Below, in pieces: positions 38,732 through 51,918 of a stretch of 64,000 bases of DNA; positions within the stretch are counted from its first letter, which is position 1, and every line of letters starts with the position of its first letter. The notes beneath the pieces were generated by a model, which was not told where the DNA came from, did no database searches, and saw only the letters and a list, made by a program, of their open reading frames with translations. Both the position numbers and the translations under genes were made by a program. This DNA comes from Anaeramoeba ignava BMAN (taxonomy: Eukaryota; Protista; Anaeramoebae): the NCBI GenBank assembly GCA_028826165.1, contig JAPDFW010000118.1:1-64000 (forward strand), read 5' to 3'.

Positions 38732-41700
38732 TTAATTTTGTTTTTCTTCAATTTTTAATTTAAAAATATTTTTAACATTTGGGCCATAATGGACTTCAGA
38801 ATCTTTTGGAATTCCTTCAATCATTTTCAAAGTTAAAAATTGAGGAGAATATAATTTTAAATTTGCTTCAGATTTTTTAATTTGAAAATAAAAAAAAAAT
38901 CAAAATTAAAATCAGAATTTGAACGAATTCTTTGAGAAGTAGTTTCATCTTCAATTTCGGAAATTATTTTTTGACTTTCAATTTCAGCAATTTGTTTTTG
39001 CATTTGAATTTGTGAAACTTCTTTTTTTTCTTCAGCTTGAATTTTTGCAACGATTTTTGAAGTTTCAAAATCTTTATAATTTTATAAATAATTTAATAAA
39101 TAATTTTATAAATAATTTAATAAATAATTTTATAAATAATTTTATAAATAATTTTATATTTAATTTTATAATTAAATTTATAAATAATTTTATAATTAAT
39201 TTAATAAATAATTTAATAATTAATTTTATAATTAATTTTATAATTAATTTTATAAATAATTTTATTAAATAATTTTATTAAATAATTTTATAAATAATTT
39301 TATAAATAATTTTATATTTAATTTTATAAATAATTTTATAAATAATTTTATATTTAATTTTATAAATAATTTAATATTTAATTTTATAAATAATTTTATA
39401 GTCATAAACCCTAAAGTGCCTTAAGGAGCTCTCGACCCGAAAGTGCCGAGTGATTATTAGTCATTTTGACGTAAAGTGATTTTTGTGAATTGTGTTGTTA
39501 AAACATCCCTAATGGGAAAAAAGATATCAATAAATATTAAGAAAAAGGATTGAGAACTTTTTATTTTTAATTTTTTTTTTTTCATAATTTTTTTTCTGAT
39601 GTTTTTTTTTGGTTCTTTTTTTTTATTAATTTTTTTAAAGAAAAATTTTCAAATCTTTTCATTCATTTTTGAACTTTTTCTTATATTCCTTTCAGATTCT
39701 TTTATGGTGTTATTTCTTCTTTTGATATTCTCATTCTTTTTGAAATTAAAAAAAAAATTTTTGCAATTTTTTTCATGATGTTTTTCTTGGATGAATGTTA
39801 TCAAAAGGAAAAAATTCTTTTCCCTTTTGATCTTTTTTTTTTTGATTGATAAATGATTGAAGCCAAGGAAAAGAGATTTCATAAAATATACTTCTATATT
39901 TTCGGGATATTGATTCTTGTACTTAATTGTATCTTTAATTGAATATTATAGATTTGAAAAAATTTTTTTATTGTAATCTCCCAATCACCTCATCTAATGA
40001 AATGATATATTTCTTCCCAATTTGGAAGGAATTGTTCTTCACTCTTTCTTTTTACTCCTTTTTTCTAAATCATTGCTATGTTTCAAGTTTTTCACTCAAA
40101 AATTTTCATTATCTTTTTTCGATAAATTAATTTATAACAAAAATAAATCATCTTAGAATTTCTCTCCTTTTTTGGTACAGAGAAATCATTTGTATTAATT
40201 ATTGAGAAACAATTGGTGAAAGAACCATAATAAACAAATGTGAAAAATCCTTCAAATGGAAATTGGAATTTTTATTTTATCAATAAATGAACCTATTCAA
40301 ATTTGTAGTTAATCTTTGAACATAACTCTTATTTCACAATTCATCTCAAATTCCAGAATTTCTCCCACCTTGTTTCAATTGATTAGGGAAAGGATGAAAT
40401 TTTTAGGAAAATTTAAATCATAGGTTTTGTGGAGTGAGAAAATAGATTATATCCTTTATTAGCTTTCTTCAGATTCATCTATTCTCTTTATCATTTTTTT
40501 TTGTTTTCCTTTCTCTTATTCCCAGTCGTTATTCTGTTTAAAAAAAAAGAAAAAAAAATTTCGGCACTTTCGGGTCTGATTCGATTTGAACTGGAAAAAA
40601 TTAGTTTTTTTTTTGAACAAAAATTTCAAAACAAAACGAGAAAAATTTAATAAAAATAGAAATTATTTAAGCTAAGAAGATGTTTTATTTTATTGTTTTG
40701 TCAAAATGAATAAATCCAAAAGAGCAAATTAAATTTTCGGCACTTTCGGGTAATTGACTATATATATAATTTTATAATTAATTTTATAAAATAATTTTAT
40801 ATTTAATTTTATATTTAATTTTATAAATAATTTTATAAATAATTTTATATTTAATTTTATATTTAATTTTATATTTAATTTTATATTTAATTTTATAAAT
40901 AATTTTATATTTAATTTTATATTTAATTTTATAATTAATTTTATAAATAATTTTATAAATAATTTTATTATTAATTTAATAAATAATTTTATAAATAATT
41001 TTATTAAATAATTTAATAAATAATTTTATAAATAATTTTATAAATAATTTTATAAATAATTTTATAAATAATTTTATAAATAATTTTATATTTAATTTTA
41101 TAAATAATTTTATAAATAATTTTATAAATAATTTTATAAATAATTTTAATAAATAATTTTATAAATAATTTAATAAATAATTTAATAAATAATTTTATAA
41201 ATAATTTTATAAATAATTATATAAATAATTTTATAAATAATTTTATATTTAATTTTATAAATAATTTTATAAATAATTTTATAATTAATTTTATATTTAA
41301 TTTTATATTTAATTTTATATATAATTTTATATTTAATTTTATAAATAATTTTATAAATAATTTTAATATTTAATTTTAATATTTAATTTTATAAAATAAT
41401 TTTATAAAATAATTTTATATTTAATTTTTATTAATAATTTTATTAATAATTTAATAAATAATTTTATAAATAATTTAATAAATAATTTAATAAATAATTT
41501 AATATTTAATTTTATTAAATAATTTTATAAATAATTTTATAAATAATTTTATAATTAATTTTATAAATAATTTTATATTTAATTTTATAAATAATTTTAT
41601 ATTTAATTTTATAATTAATTTTATTAAATAAAATCTCCTTCAATTTTACTGGTTTGAGAAATTTTTTGAAGTTGTTCTTCAATTTTAATTTCTAATTTTT

Positions 41701-43612
41701 TCAATTCAATTTTTTCATAATTTGAAGCAACATCAACAGGAATTAAAGGTTTTGTAACACGAACTGATATTATTTCAATTCCTGGAGCCCAATTATTTAA
41801 ATCATGTTCCAGAGACTTTAAAAGTAATGAAACGCAACAATAAATTTGAATTTTAAATTTGAATTTGGATTTGAATTTGAATTTTAATTTGATTTTTATA
41901 AATTTGAATTTGAATTTGAATTTGAATTTGAATTTATAAATTTGGTTTTTATAAATTTGAATTTGAATTTGATTTTTATACATCTCTTATTTTATCATCA
42001 ATTGTATCAAAAAGTGAAATAAAAACTTCTTCTAATGTATGAAGTGAACAAAAGTCATTAATTTCTTGTGTTATAATATTATGAATCCAAATTTCTGAAT
42101 ATTTTGTTGAATAATTTTTTACTGTTTCCCAAACTAATTCTTTTTTTAATCTATTTACAACTTCAACTCTTTCTAAATTCATTTAATTTTAATTTTGATT
42201 TTAATTTTGAATTTGGATTTGATTTTGATTTTGATTTTGATATTGATTTTGATTTTGATTTTGATTTTAATTTTAATTTTGATTTTGATTTTAATTTGAA
42301 TTTTAATTTTAATTTTGATTTTGATTTTGATTTTGATTTTTAAATTTGATTTTGAATTTGGATTTGATTTTGATTTTGATTTTGATTTTGATTTTGATTT
42401 TGATTTTAATTTTGAATTTGAATTTGAATTTGATTTTGATTTTGATTTTGATTTTGATTTTGATTTTGATTTTTAAATTTGGATTTGATTTTGATTTTGA
42501 TTTTGAATTTGATTTTAATTTTAATTTTGATTTTAATTTTGATTTTAATTTTAATTTTGATTTTAATTTGAATTTTAATTTTAATTTTGATTTTAATTTG
42601 AATTTGATTTTATTTTTAATTTGAATTTTAATTTTGATTTTAATTTTGAATTTGAATTTGAATTTGATTTTGATTTTTAAATTTGGATTTGATTTTGATT
42701 TTGATTTTTAAATTTGATTTTGATTTTGATTTTGATTTTGATTTTGATTTTTAAATTTGATTTTGATTTTGATTTTGATTTTGATTTTGATTTTGATTTT
42801 GATTTTTAAATTTGGATTTGATTTTGATTTTGATTTTGATTTTGATTTTGATTTTTTTGATTTTTTGATTTTGATTTTGATTTTGATTTTGATTTTGATT
42901 TTGATTTTGATTTTGATTTTGATTTTAATTTTGAATTTGAATTTGAATTTTAATTTTAATTTTGATTTTGATTTTGATTTTGATTTTGATTTTGATTTTG
43001 ATTTTGATTTTAATTTTGATTTTAATTTTGATTTTGATTTTGATTTTGATTTTGATTTTGATTTTGATTTTGATTTTCATTTTGATTTTGATTTTTAAAT
43101 TTGATTTTGATTTTGATTTTGATTTTGAATTAAAATGTACCAAATTTAAGAAGAGCACCACCACTTGTTCCACAAGAAATATCTTTTATTTTATTTTATT
43201 TTATTTTGATTAAAATTAAAAATAAATTAAAAATAAAATAAAATTACTTGTAACATATTCAGTTTGAACTAAAATTGGAATATTTTCAGCACGAGTAATA
43301 AAAGGGAGTTTTAAATGCAAACCAGGTTCATCATAACCTTTTAAAAGAGCTCCTCCTCTCCAATATAAACCAATAGTTCCCTCTTTAATTTAATTTAATT
43401 TAATTTAATTTAATTTAATTTAATTTAATTTAATTTAATTTTATTTAATTTAATTTAATTTTTTTTAATTTAATTTAATTTAATTTAATTTTATTTAATT
43501 TAATTTAATTTAATTTAATTTTTTTTAACAAAAAACCTTCAACTTGATGAAAAGATTGAAGAAAAATAACAAGAGAAAAAGAAAGAATAATTCCAATCAA
43601 ATTAATTGCCAT
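38732..43612 (-). CDS. ERLIN: Erlin (SPFH/band 7 family), 6 exons, apparent homopolymer frameshift near 38890
   Basis: N-terminal TM; FHQVE|EGTIGLYWRGGALL...HLKLPFIT...NISCGTSGG...RVEVVN...FCSLHTLEEVFISLFDTIDD...APGIEIISVRVTKPLIP...EANLKLYSPQFL...YGPNV follows the erlin consensus. Confidence 0.88.
39075..41625. repeat. Intronic 12-bp array (ATAAATAATTTT) interrupted by an insertion
   Basis: The same unit lies on both sides of 39399-40760. Confidence 0.9.
39399..40760. mobile_element. Non-autonomous or decayed TIR DNA transposon (IR/DR architecture, TA-flanked; Tc1/mariner-like)
   Basis: Left end TAGTCATAAACCCTAAAGTGCC versus right-end reverse complement TAGTCAATTACCCGAAAGTGCC (18/22). Perfect inner 16-bp inverted pair GACCCGAAAGTGCCGA at 39434-39449 and 40561-40576. 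TA on both flanks; no long ORF. Confidence 0.82.
42180..43130. repeat. Intronic (GATTTT/AATTTT)n array
   Basis: Visible; lies in an erlin intron. Confidence 0.9.
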
Positions 43613-44043
43613 TTTTAAAAAGAAAAAAATGAAAAATGAAAAATGAAAAATGAAAAATGATTTTTTAATGTTTTTTTGAATTGTAATTGTCAAATCAAAA
43701 GAAAACAAAAGAAAAGAAAAAAAAATAAAACAAAGAATTAAAAAAGAAGAAGAAGAAGAAACAAAAGAAGATAAAAAAAAAATAATCAATTAATATTTCA
43801 TTTTTCCTACAATTAATTACAGAAAAATTGAAATTGATTGATTTCAAAAAAAAAAACACAATTTAATTAGTTTTTTTTTTTTTGATAAATTGATTTATGA
43901 TTATTTAAGTGATCTGTATAAAAAGTAAAAGAAGCAACAAAATATTTTCCTATTTTTCAATTTTAATTTTAATTTAAATTTTAATTTTATAAATAAATTT
44001 AAATTTTATAAATTAATTTTATAAATAAATTTTAATTTACTGT

Positions 44044-46851
44044 TTAAAAAATTGTGCATTTTGTTCCACATTTTGTATGTTCATTTCCCAATTTATTTGA
44101 ATGTTTAACTCTTTCCAAAGTTTCTTTAACTTTTTCTAAACGCATTTCTTTCTCTTTGGATTCATTTCTTTGAATTTCATTTATATCTTTTTTAAAATGG
44201 TCTGAATTTTGTTTATTTAAATCACCATAATTAATATATTGTTCATTTTGAGTTGTTGTTGTATTTATTTTTTGGTCTTGATAAATTTCTCTCATATCAA
44301 GTATTTCGTTAATAAATTTTTGTGTAAAAATTGAATTTTGTTGATTTTGTGAATTTAAGTTATTTTCAATATTAAAAATAGGAGCATTTGGTGTTTTTTT
44401 TGCTGTTGAACTATTTATAAATTAATATTAAATTAATATTAAATTCATTTATAAAATTAAAATTAAAATTAAAATTAAAATTAAAATTAAAATTAATAAA
44501 TACATGAAAGAAGTTATTAAATTTATATCTGAATTATTTCTTTCCCAATCAAATTTCAAAGCAGGATCAAATCCATAACAAACATAAGTATTTATTAATA
44601 ATTTTTTAATAAAAGAATAATTTGGTTTTTCATCAAATTTCAATCCTAAAAAAATAAAATTAAAATTAAAATTAAAATTAAAATTAAAATTAAAAATAAA
44701 ATTAAAATTAAAATTAAAATTAAAATTAAATTAAATTAAATTAAATTAAAATTAAAATTAAATTAAAATTAAAATTAAAATTAAAATTAAAATTAAAATT
44801 AAAATTAAAATTAAAATTAAAATTAAAAAAAGAATTAATATTAAATTTAAATATACCTTTTAAATATTCAAAAAGTGTTGTAAATTGTTGTGGAAGTTCA
44901 TAAGGAAGTTTTGTTGAATTAAATATTAATTTTATTTGAAGAATTTCATCTTTTTCTTTTAAATCAGTCCAAGGAAGTCTTCCATATAAAAATTCAAGTA
45001 AACAATAAAATAAAGAAATTAAATCATCTCTTCTTCCAAGTTCCTTTTTAAAAATAAAAATTAAAAATTAAAATAAATTTTTTCTTTTTGAAATAATTTT
45101 CTTACTTTTGCTTGATGTGATTCAACAGAAGCATATCTAGCTGTTCCTCTAAAACCAACAGTTTCACGAAATTAAATTAAATTAAATTAAATTAAAATTA
45201 AATTAAAAATTAAATTAAAATTAAAATTAAATTAAAATTAAATTAAATTAAATTAAATTAAATTAAATTAAATTAAAAATTAAATTAAAATTAAATTAAA
45301 AATTAAATTAAATAATAACAATTGATTTGTTTAAATAGATTTTTTTTTAAAATTTACAGGTTTAATATTTCCATCAGAATCAATAAATTTTCTTGAAAGA
45401 CCAAAATCAATAACACAAAGTACTGGTGAAATATCTGAATAAGATTCTGTTTTTGGAATATTTTTAAGAACAAAATTAAAAAAAAAATTAAAAATTAAAT
45501 TATAAATTAAATTAAAAATTAAATTATAAATTAAATTAAAAATTAAATTATAAATTAAATTAAAAATTAAATTATAAATTAAATTAAAAATTAAATTAAA
45601 TAAATTAAATTAAAATTATAGAATTAAATTAAAAATTAGAATTATAAATTAAATGAAAAGACCAAAAATCAATAACACAAATTACTTGAAAATTGAAAAA
45701 TTCTGTTTTTTATTTTTAAGAACAAAATTTGACTAAAAATAAAAATTAAATTAAAAATTAAATTATAAATTAAATTAAAAATTAAATTATTAGGATAAAT
45801 TAAAAATTTTAAATTAAATTAAAAAAAATTAAATTAAATTAAAAATAAAAAATTAAATTATTACAGGTTTAATATCTCTATGAACATATCCAATTGAATG
45901 AACAGCTTCAATTGCTGAAATCATCTTTTGTTTTTTGGAATTTTTAAAAAAATATAAATTTTAATTAAATTAATTTTCTTTTTTTTTCTTATAAATTAAT
46001 AAACAAACATCAATTCCAAGTTTTAAAGTTGTTGGTAATGAAAAGGTTTGTGTGGGTTGTTTTCTTCTTAATTTAGATAAATTTTCTCCCAATAATTCCA
46101 TTACAAGAAAATAATGAGTTTCTGTTTGACCACAATATATAAATTCTGGAACATAAGAAGAACCTAATTTTATAAATGAATTTTAATTTAATTTTAATTT
46201 TAATTTTAATTTATTTTAATTTTAATTTGGATTTTAATTTAATTTTAATTTTAATTTTAATATGAATTTTAATTTTAATTTTAATTTTGATTTTAATTTT
46301 ATAAATGAATTTTAATTTTAATTTTAATTTTAATTTTGGAATTTTAATTGTATTTAGAAAAAATATTTGCCTTGAAGTTGATGAATAACAGCAATATCAA
46401 GTTTTAAAGTTTGTCTTTTTTCATTTTTTTTTTCAAATTTAATTGCAATAGTTGATTCTGTTTGATTATCAAAAGCACTATAAATTTCCCCTTTTTTTTT
46501 ATTTTAAATTTTTTTTATTAATTTTTTTTATTAATTTTTTTTATTAATGGGGGCAAATAAAATAAAATAAAATAAAAAAATGATTTGTTGTTTTGTTTTT
46601 AATTGTTGTTTTGTTTTTAATTGTTGTTTTGTTTTTATTTGTTGTTTTGTTTTTAATTGTTGTTTTGTTTTTAATTGTTGTTTTGTTTTTATTTGTTGTT
46701 TTGTTGTTAATTGTTTAAAAAATTAACTGTTAATGTCAAATGTTTTTTGGATTCATTTTGCTTTTATTTATTTTATTATTAATTATTTACCAAAAGAACC
46801 TTCTCCAATTTTATTTGTTAATGCCCATCGATTTTTTAATAATTTTGTCAT
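44044..46851 (-). CDS. Tau-tubulin kinase (TTBK)/CK1-family kinase with C-terminal CaaX
   Basis: KIGEGSFG|EIY...AIKFE...VMELLGENLSKLRRKQP...TTLKLG...HRDIKP|SNFV...IDFGLSR...GFRGTARYAS...GRRDDL...LPW; ends KCTIF*. Two acceptor sites look damaged. Confidence 0.85.
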
Positions 46852-47491
46852 TTGTAATAAAACATAAAAAAAAAGTTGTTTTTTTTTTGTGTTTGTGTTT
46901 TTGTTTTTGTTGTGTTTGTGTTTTTGTTTTTTGTTTTCAAATATTGAAAAATTTTTTTTTAAAAAAATAAACAAATTAATAAAAAATAAAGGAAATAAGA
47001 AAGAAAAAAGAAAATAAAAAAATGAAAATTTAAATTAAAAAAAATTTTTTTTTGATTTTTTTTTTTGATAATTTGATCCTTTTGTTTTTTAAATTAAAAT
47101 AATTTAGATCGATTTTTAATTCTTTTTAGAATATATTTTTAAAACGATTTTAAATTTTTAAATTATAAATTATTATTAAAAATAAAGAGCAAAAAAAAAC
47201 AAATCCAAATTTTTTTATTTTTTTTCTTTTTCTTTTTTTTTTTGATCTAAAAATTTTTAAAAAATTGACAATTATTTTAAATTAGAATTTAATTTAAAAA
47301 ATTAATTTAAAATCTATTTTAGAAAAAAAAATAGAAATGATTATTAATTTTATAATCAAAATTAGTCAAAATTATTTAAAAAAAAAAATTTTTCTCCTTT
47401 TTATTTTTTTAATTAAAAAGTGGATTTTTATTTTTTTCATTTTTTTATTTTTTAAAATCTCAATTCAAAACAATTACAAAAACAATTACAA

Positions 47492-49568
47492 ATGAGAAGA
47501 AGAAAAGGAAAAGGAAAAACAAGAGGAAAACCAAAAGAAAAAGGAAAAAAAGAAATTGACAACAAAATTGACAACAAAAAAGAAATTGACAACAAAAAAG
47601 AAAATGAAAATGAAAATGAAAATGAAAATGAAAATGAAAATGAAAATCAAAATCAAAATGAAAATCAAAATCAAAATCAAAAATCAAATTGAAATTGAAA
47701 AGCAAAGTTTAAGTGAAACAGAATCAGAACCGCTAAGTGATAGTGACAGTGACAATGGCTTTGACAACGAAAAAGATAAAGAAAAAGATAAAGAAAACGA
47801 ACAAGAAAAAACCAAAAAGAAAATTCTTAAACGGAAAGGAAGAAGATATTACAATTCTGAGCATCAATATCAACTAATGAAAACAATCACAACAGAAAAA
47901 GGAGAATTCAATCAGTTTGAAATTAAAGCAATAACGAAAGAAAAAAAGCAAAAAAGCTACTTTTGTTGGAAACCGTTTCTTGAAAAAAGATGCAGTTATT
48001 TTAAAAAATTGAAGGATTTATGTGAATTTAAAGTTGAGAATATAAAATCAGTGAAAAAATTTATCACTTTTCTTTATACTGGAAAAATAACAATTTATGA
48101 TAAAGATGTTATTGATTTATTAATTATTTCTCGAGAAACAAATCTTCGAGAACTTAAAAGTTTATGCGAGGATTTCATTATTCAAAATGTAAACAAAGAA
48201 ACAGCAGCAACTTGGCTTCCCAACATTTTTCAATTTAAATCCTTAAGGAAATTCGTATCAAATGTAATTCAGCAAGAAATTCAGACAATTGTTTATCAAG
48301 AATCTTTTCAACAATTGCCAAAGATTTGTTTTGAATATATTTTGAAGCAAGATTATTTAAATTTCCCAAGTGAAATTGATGTTGTTGAAATGATAAGATC
48401 TTGGGCAAGATATTTTTTGGATCCGGAATTTGAAAAGCCAAGATATCAACAATTGAAAAAATTTTTCCAAACTTCAATCACAGAAAATGAAAATGAAAAT
48501 GAAAATGAAAATGAAAATAGACCTAAATCTAAAATTAGCACAAAAGTATTGAATAAAATCCTCAGATATTTTATTATTCGTTATGTCAGATTGATAACAA
48601 TGACACAGGAAGAATTGACACAAATTCAAACAATTGATATTGATGGATATCTTTTAGAATATGAAGATGGAGAAGAAGCTCAAAATGCCAAAAACGATAA
48701 TAATGAAAATGAAAATGATGGCGATAATGATAATAAAAAAGTTATCATTAATGGAGAGGATTTTTCAATTTCAACAACATTACCAATTGAGGAAATACTA
48801 GATGATGTTGCTGAGTATTTGGATTATGAAGAAGATTCTGAAAAGTTGAGAGAAATTGTCGAAAAATATGAACCAGATCCCAACAATCTAATTTTTGGCA
48901 TTTTTAAAGAAAGAAGATGCTTTGCAAAAGAAACCGATGAATTAAAAGCGAAGAAAATATTTGAAATCAAACAAAAAACAACAAATGAGAAGAAAAAACG
49001 GAAAGGAAATTTAATAGAAAATTTCCGAGAAAAATTTTTAGAATGGAAAGTGCCATTTTCGCCCACACAAAAAATCGGGGAGACGGCGATATTTCAAGCG
49101 AAAGGAGATGGAAAAGATTTAGAGAACTTCCAGAAAAAATGTGTTGATAAAGGAGCAATGATCGTTATTATGCGATCTGATGATAAAATTTTTGGAGGAT
49201 ACACAAGTATTGGATGGGTCTCAAATCAGGAAGTTCAAAAACAAGGAGATCCTTATGCTTTTTTATTTAAATTGTCTGGATACAAAAATAAGCCACCTCG
49301 CAAGTACCCAATTCGTCAAGGCCAGGAATCCTTTGCTGCTATTTATCATCCTCAACGAGGTCCTATTTTTGGTGATGGTTGGGATCTTGCTGTTCTTCCT
49401 TCTTTTGATTTTGCCGTTTCTCGTGTTGGTTTATCTTATCATCTTCCTAAAAATATTCTCCCAAATTCAAGGCAGTCAAAAATGTTTTTTAATCGAAGAT
49501 TTTTTGCAAAGCTTCCGATTCATGATTTGGAAATTTATTCTTTTGTTGACAAAGAAGATGATATTTAG
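47492..49568 (+). CDS. BTB/BACK + TLDc domain protein (apparent frameshift near 47680)
   Basis: BTB-like (FLEKRCSYFK...FITFLYTGKI...LKSLCEDFI), BACK-like (SEIDVVEMIRSW) and TLDc (FQKKCVDKG...IFGGYTSIGW...DPYAFLF...GPIFGDGWDL...LEIY). The likely true start is MRRRKGK at 47492. Confidence 0.82.
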
Positions 49569-49719
49569 TTGAGAAAAATGGATTAACTTCATTTTATTTA
49601 AAATCGAAGAACAATTAAAAAGCGTTTAACAAAATTAATTTTAATTTTAATTTAAATTTAATTTTAATTTAATTTAAATTTAATTTTAATTTAATTTAAA
49701 TTTAATTTTAATTTAATTT

Positions 49720-51825
49720 AAAAATCGGATAAAAAACATTTAATAAAATTAATTTTAATTTAATTTTAAATTTAATTTAAAAATCGGATAAAAAACATTT
49801 AATAAAATTAATTTTAATTTTATTTAAAAATCGGATAAAAAACATTTAATAAAATTAATTTTATTTTAATTTTAATTTTAATTCAATTTAAAAATCGGAT
49901 AAAAAACATTTAATAAAATTAATTTAATTTTAATTTTAAATTTAATTTAAAAATCGGATAAAAAACATTTAATAAAATTAATTTTAATTTTATTTAAAAA
50001 TCGGATAAAAAACATTTAATAAAATTAATTTTATTTTAATTTTAATTTTAATTCAATTTAAAAATCGGATAAAAAACATTTAATTTAATTTAATTTTAAT
50101 TTTAAATTTAATTTAATTTAAAAATCGGATAAAAAACATTTAATAAAATTAATTTTAATTTTAATTTTGATTTAATTTAAAAATCGGATAAAAAACATTT
50201 AATAAAATTAATTTTAATTTTAATTTTGATTTAATTTAAAAATCGGATAAAAAACATTTAACAAAATTAATTTTAATTTTGATTTAATTTCAATTCAAAA
50301 ATCGGATAAAAAATATTTAATAAAATTAATTTTAATTTTAATTTTAAAAATCGGATAAAAAATATTTAATAAAATTAATTTTAATTTAATTTAAAAATCG
50401 GATAAAAAACATTTAATAAAATTAATTTTAATTTTAATTTTAAAAATCGGATAAAAAATATTTAATAAAATTAATTTTAATTTAATTTAAAAATCGGATA
50501 AAAAATATTTAATAAAATTAATTTAATTTTAATTCAAAAATCGGATAAAAAATATTTAATAAAATTAATTTAATTTTAATTTAATTTTAATTTTAATTTA
50601 AAAATCGGATAAAAAATATTTGATAAAATTAATTTAAATTTTAATTTTAATTTAAAAATCGGATAAAAAACATTTAATAAAATTAATTTAATTTTAATTT
50701 AAAAATCGGATAAAAAATATTTAATAAAATTAATTTAATTTTAATTTAATTTAAAAATCGGATAAAAAACATTTAATAAAATTAATTTAATTTAATTCAA
50801 AAATCGGATAAAAAACATTTAATAAAATCAATTTTAATTTTGATTTAATTTTAATTTTAATTTAAAAATCGGATAAAAAATATTTGATAAAATTAGTTTT
50901 AATTTTAATTTTAATTTAATTCAAAAATCGGATAAAAAACATTTAATTTAATTTAATTTTAAAATTAATTTTAATTTAACTCAAAAATCGGATAAAAAAT
51001 ATTTAATAAAATTAATAATAATTTTAATTTAATTTCAATTTAAAAATCGGATAAAAAACATTTAATAAAATTAATTTAATTTTAATTTAATTTTAATTCA
51101 AAAATCGGATAAAAAATATTTAATAATTTTAATTTAATTTCAATTTAAAAATCGGATAAAAAACATTTAATAAAATTAATTTTAATTTTAATTTTAATTT
51201 TAAATTTAATTTAAAAATCGGATAAAAAACATTTAATAAAATTAATTTAAATTTAAATTTAATTTAAATTTAATTCAAAAATCGGATAAAAAACATTTAA
51301 TAAAATCAATTTTAATTTTGATTTAATTTTAATTTTAATTTAAAAATCGGATAAAAAATATTTAATAAAATTAGTTTTAATTTTAATTTTAATTTAATTC
51401 AAAAATCGGATAAAAAACATTTAATTTAATTTAATTTTAAAATTAATTTTAATTTAACTCAAAAATCGGATAAAAAATATTTAATAAAATTAATAATAAT
51501 TTTAATTTAATTTCAATTTAAAAATCGGATAAAAAACATTTAATAAAATTAATTTTAATTTAATTTAAATTCAAAAATCGGATAAAAAACATTTAATAAA
51601 ATTAATTTAAATTTTAATTCAAAAATCGGATAAAAAACATTTAATAAAATTAATTTAATTTTAATTTTAAATTTAATTTAAAAATCGGATAAAAAACATT
51701 TAATAAAATTAATTTTAATTTAATTTCAATTTAAAAATCGGATAAAAAATATTTAATAAAATTAATTTAAATTTAATTTAAATTTAATTCAAAAATCGGA
51801 TAAAAAATATATAACAAAATTAATT
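49720..51825. repeat. Array of ~38 copies of AAAAATCGGATAAAAAAYATTT(AATAAAATT) with variable-length AT spacers
   Basis: TCGGAT counted ~38 times at spacings of ~46-66 bp. Confidence 0.95.
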
Positions 51826-51918
51826 TAAATTTGATTTAATTTTTTAACGAATAAGAATAATCAAAAATAATTCGTTAAAATTTTTTTTTTCATTTTTTCA
51901 TTTTTTCATTTTAAAATT

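Noticed and set aside
39500-40550. Transposase ORF inside the TIR element
   Set aside because: Only short fragments; an EFLPP-like stretch near 40355 is too weak to support a call.
49720-51825. CRISPR array
   Set aside because: Spacers are low-complexity, mutually similar and variable in length; there are no cas genes, and the context is eukaryotic with introns.
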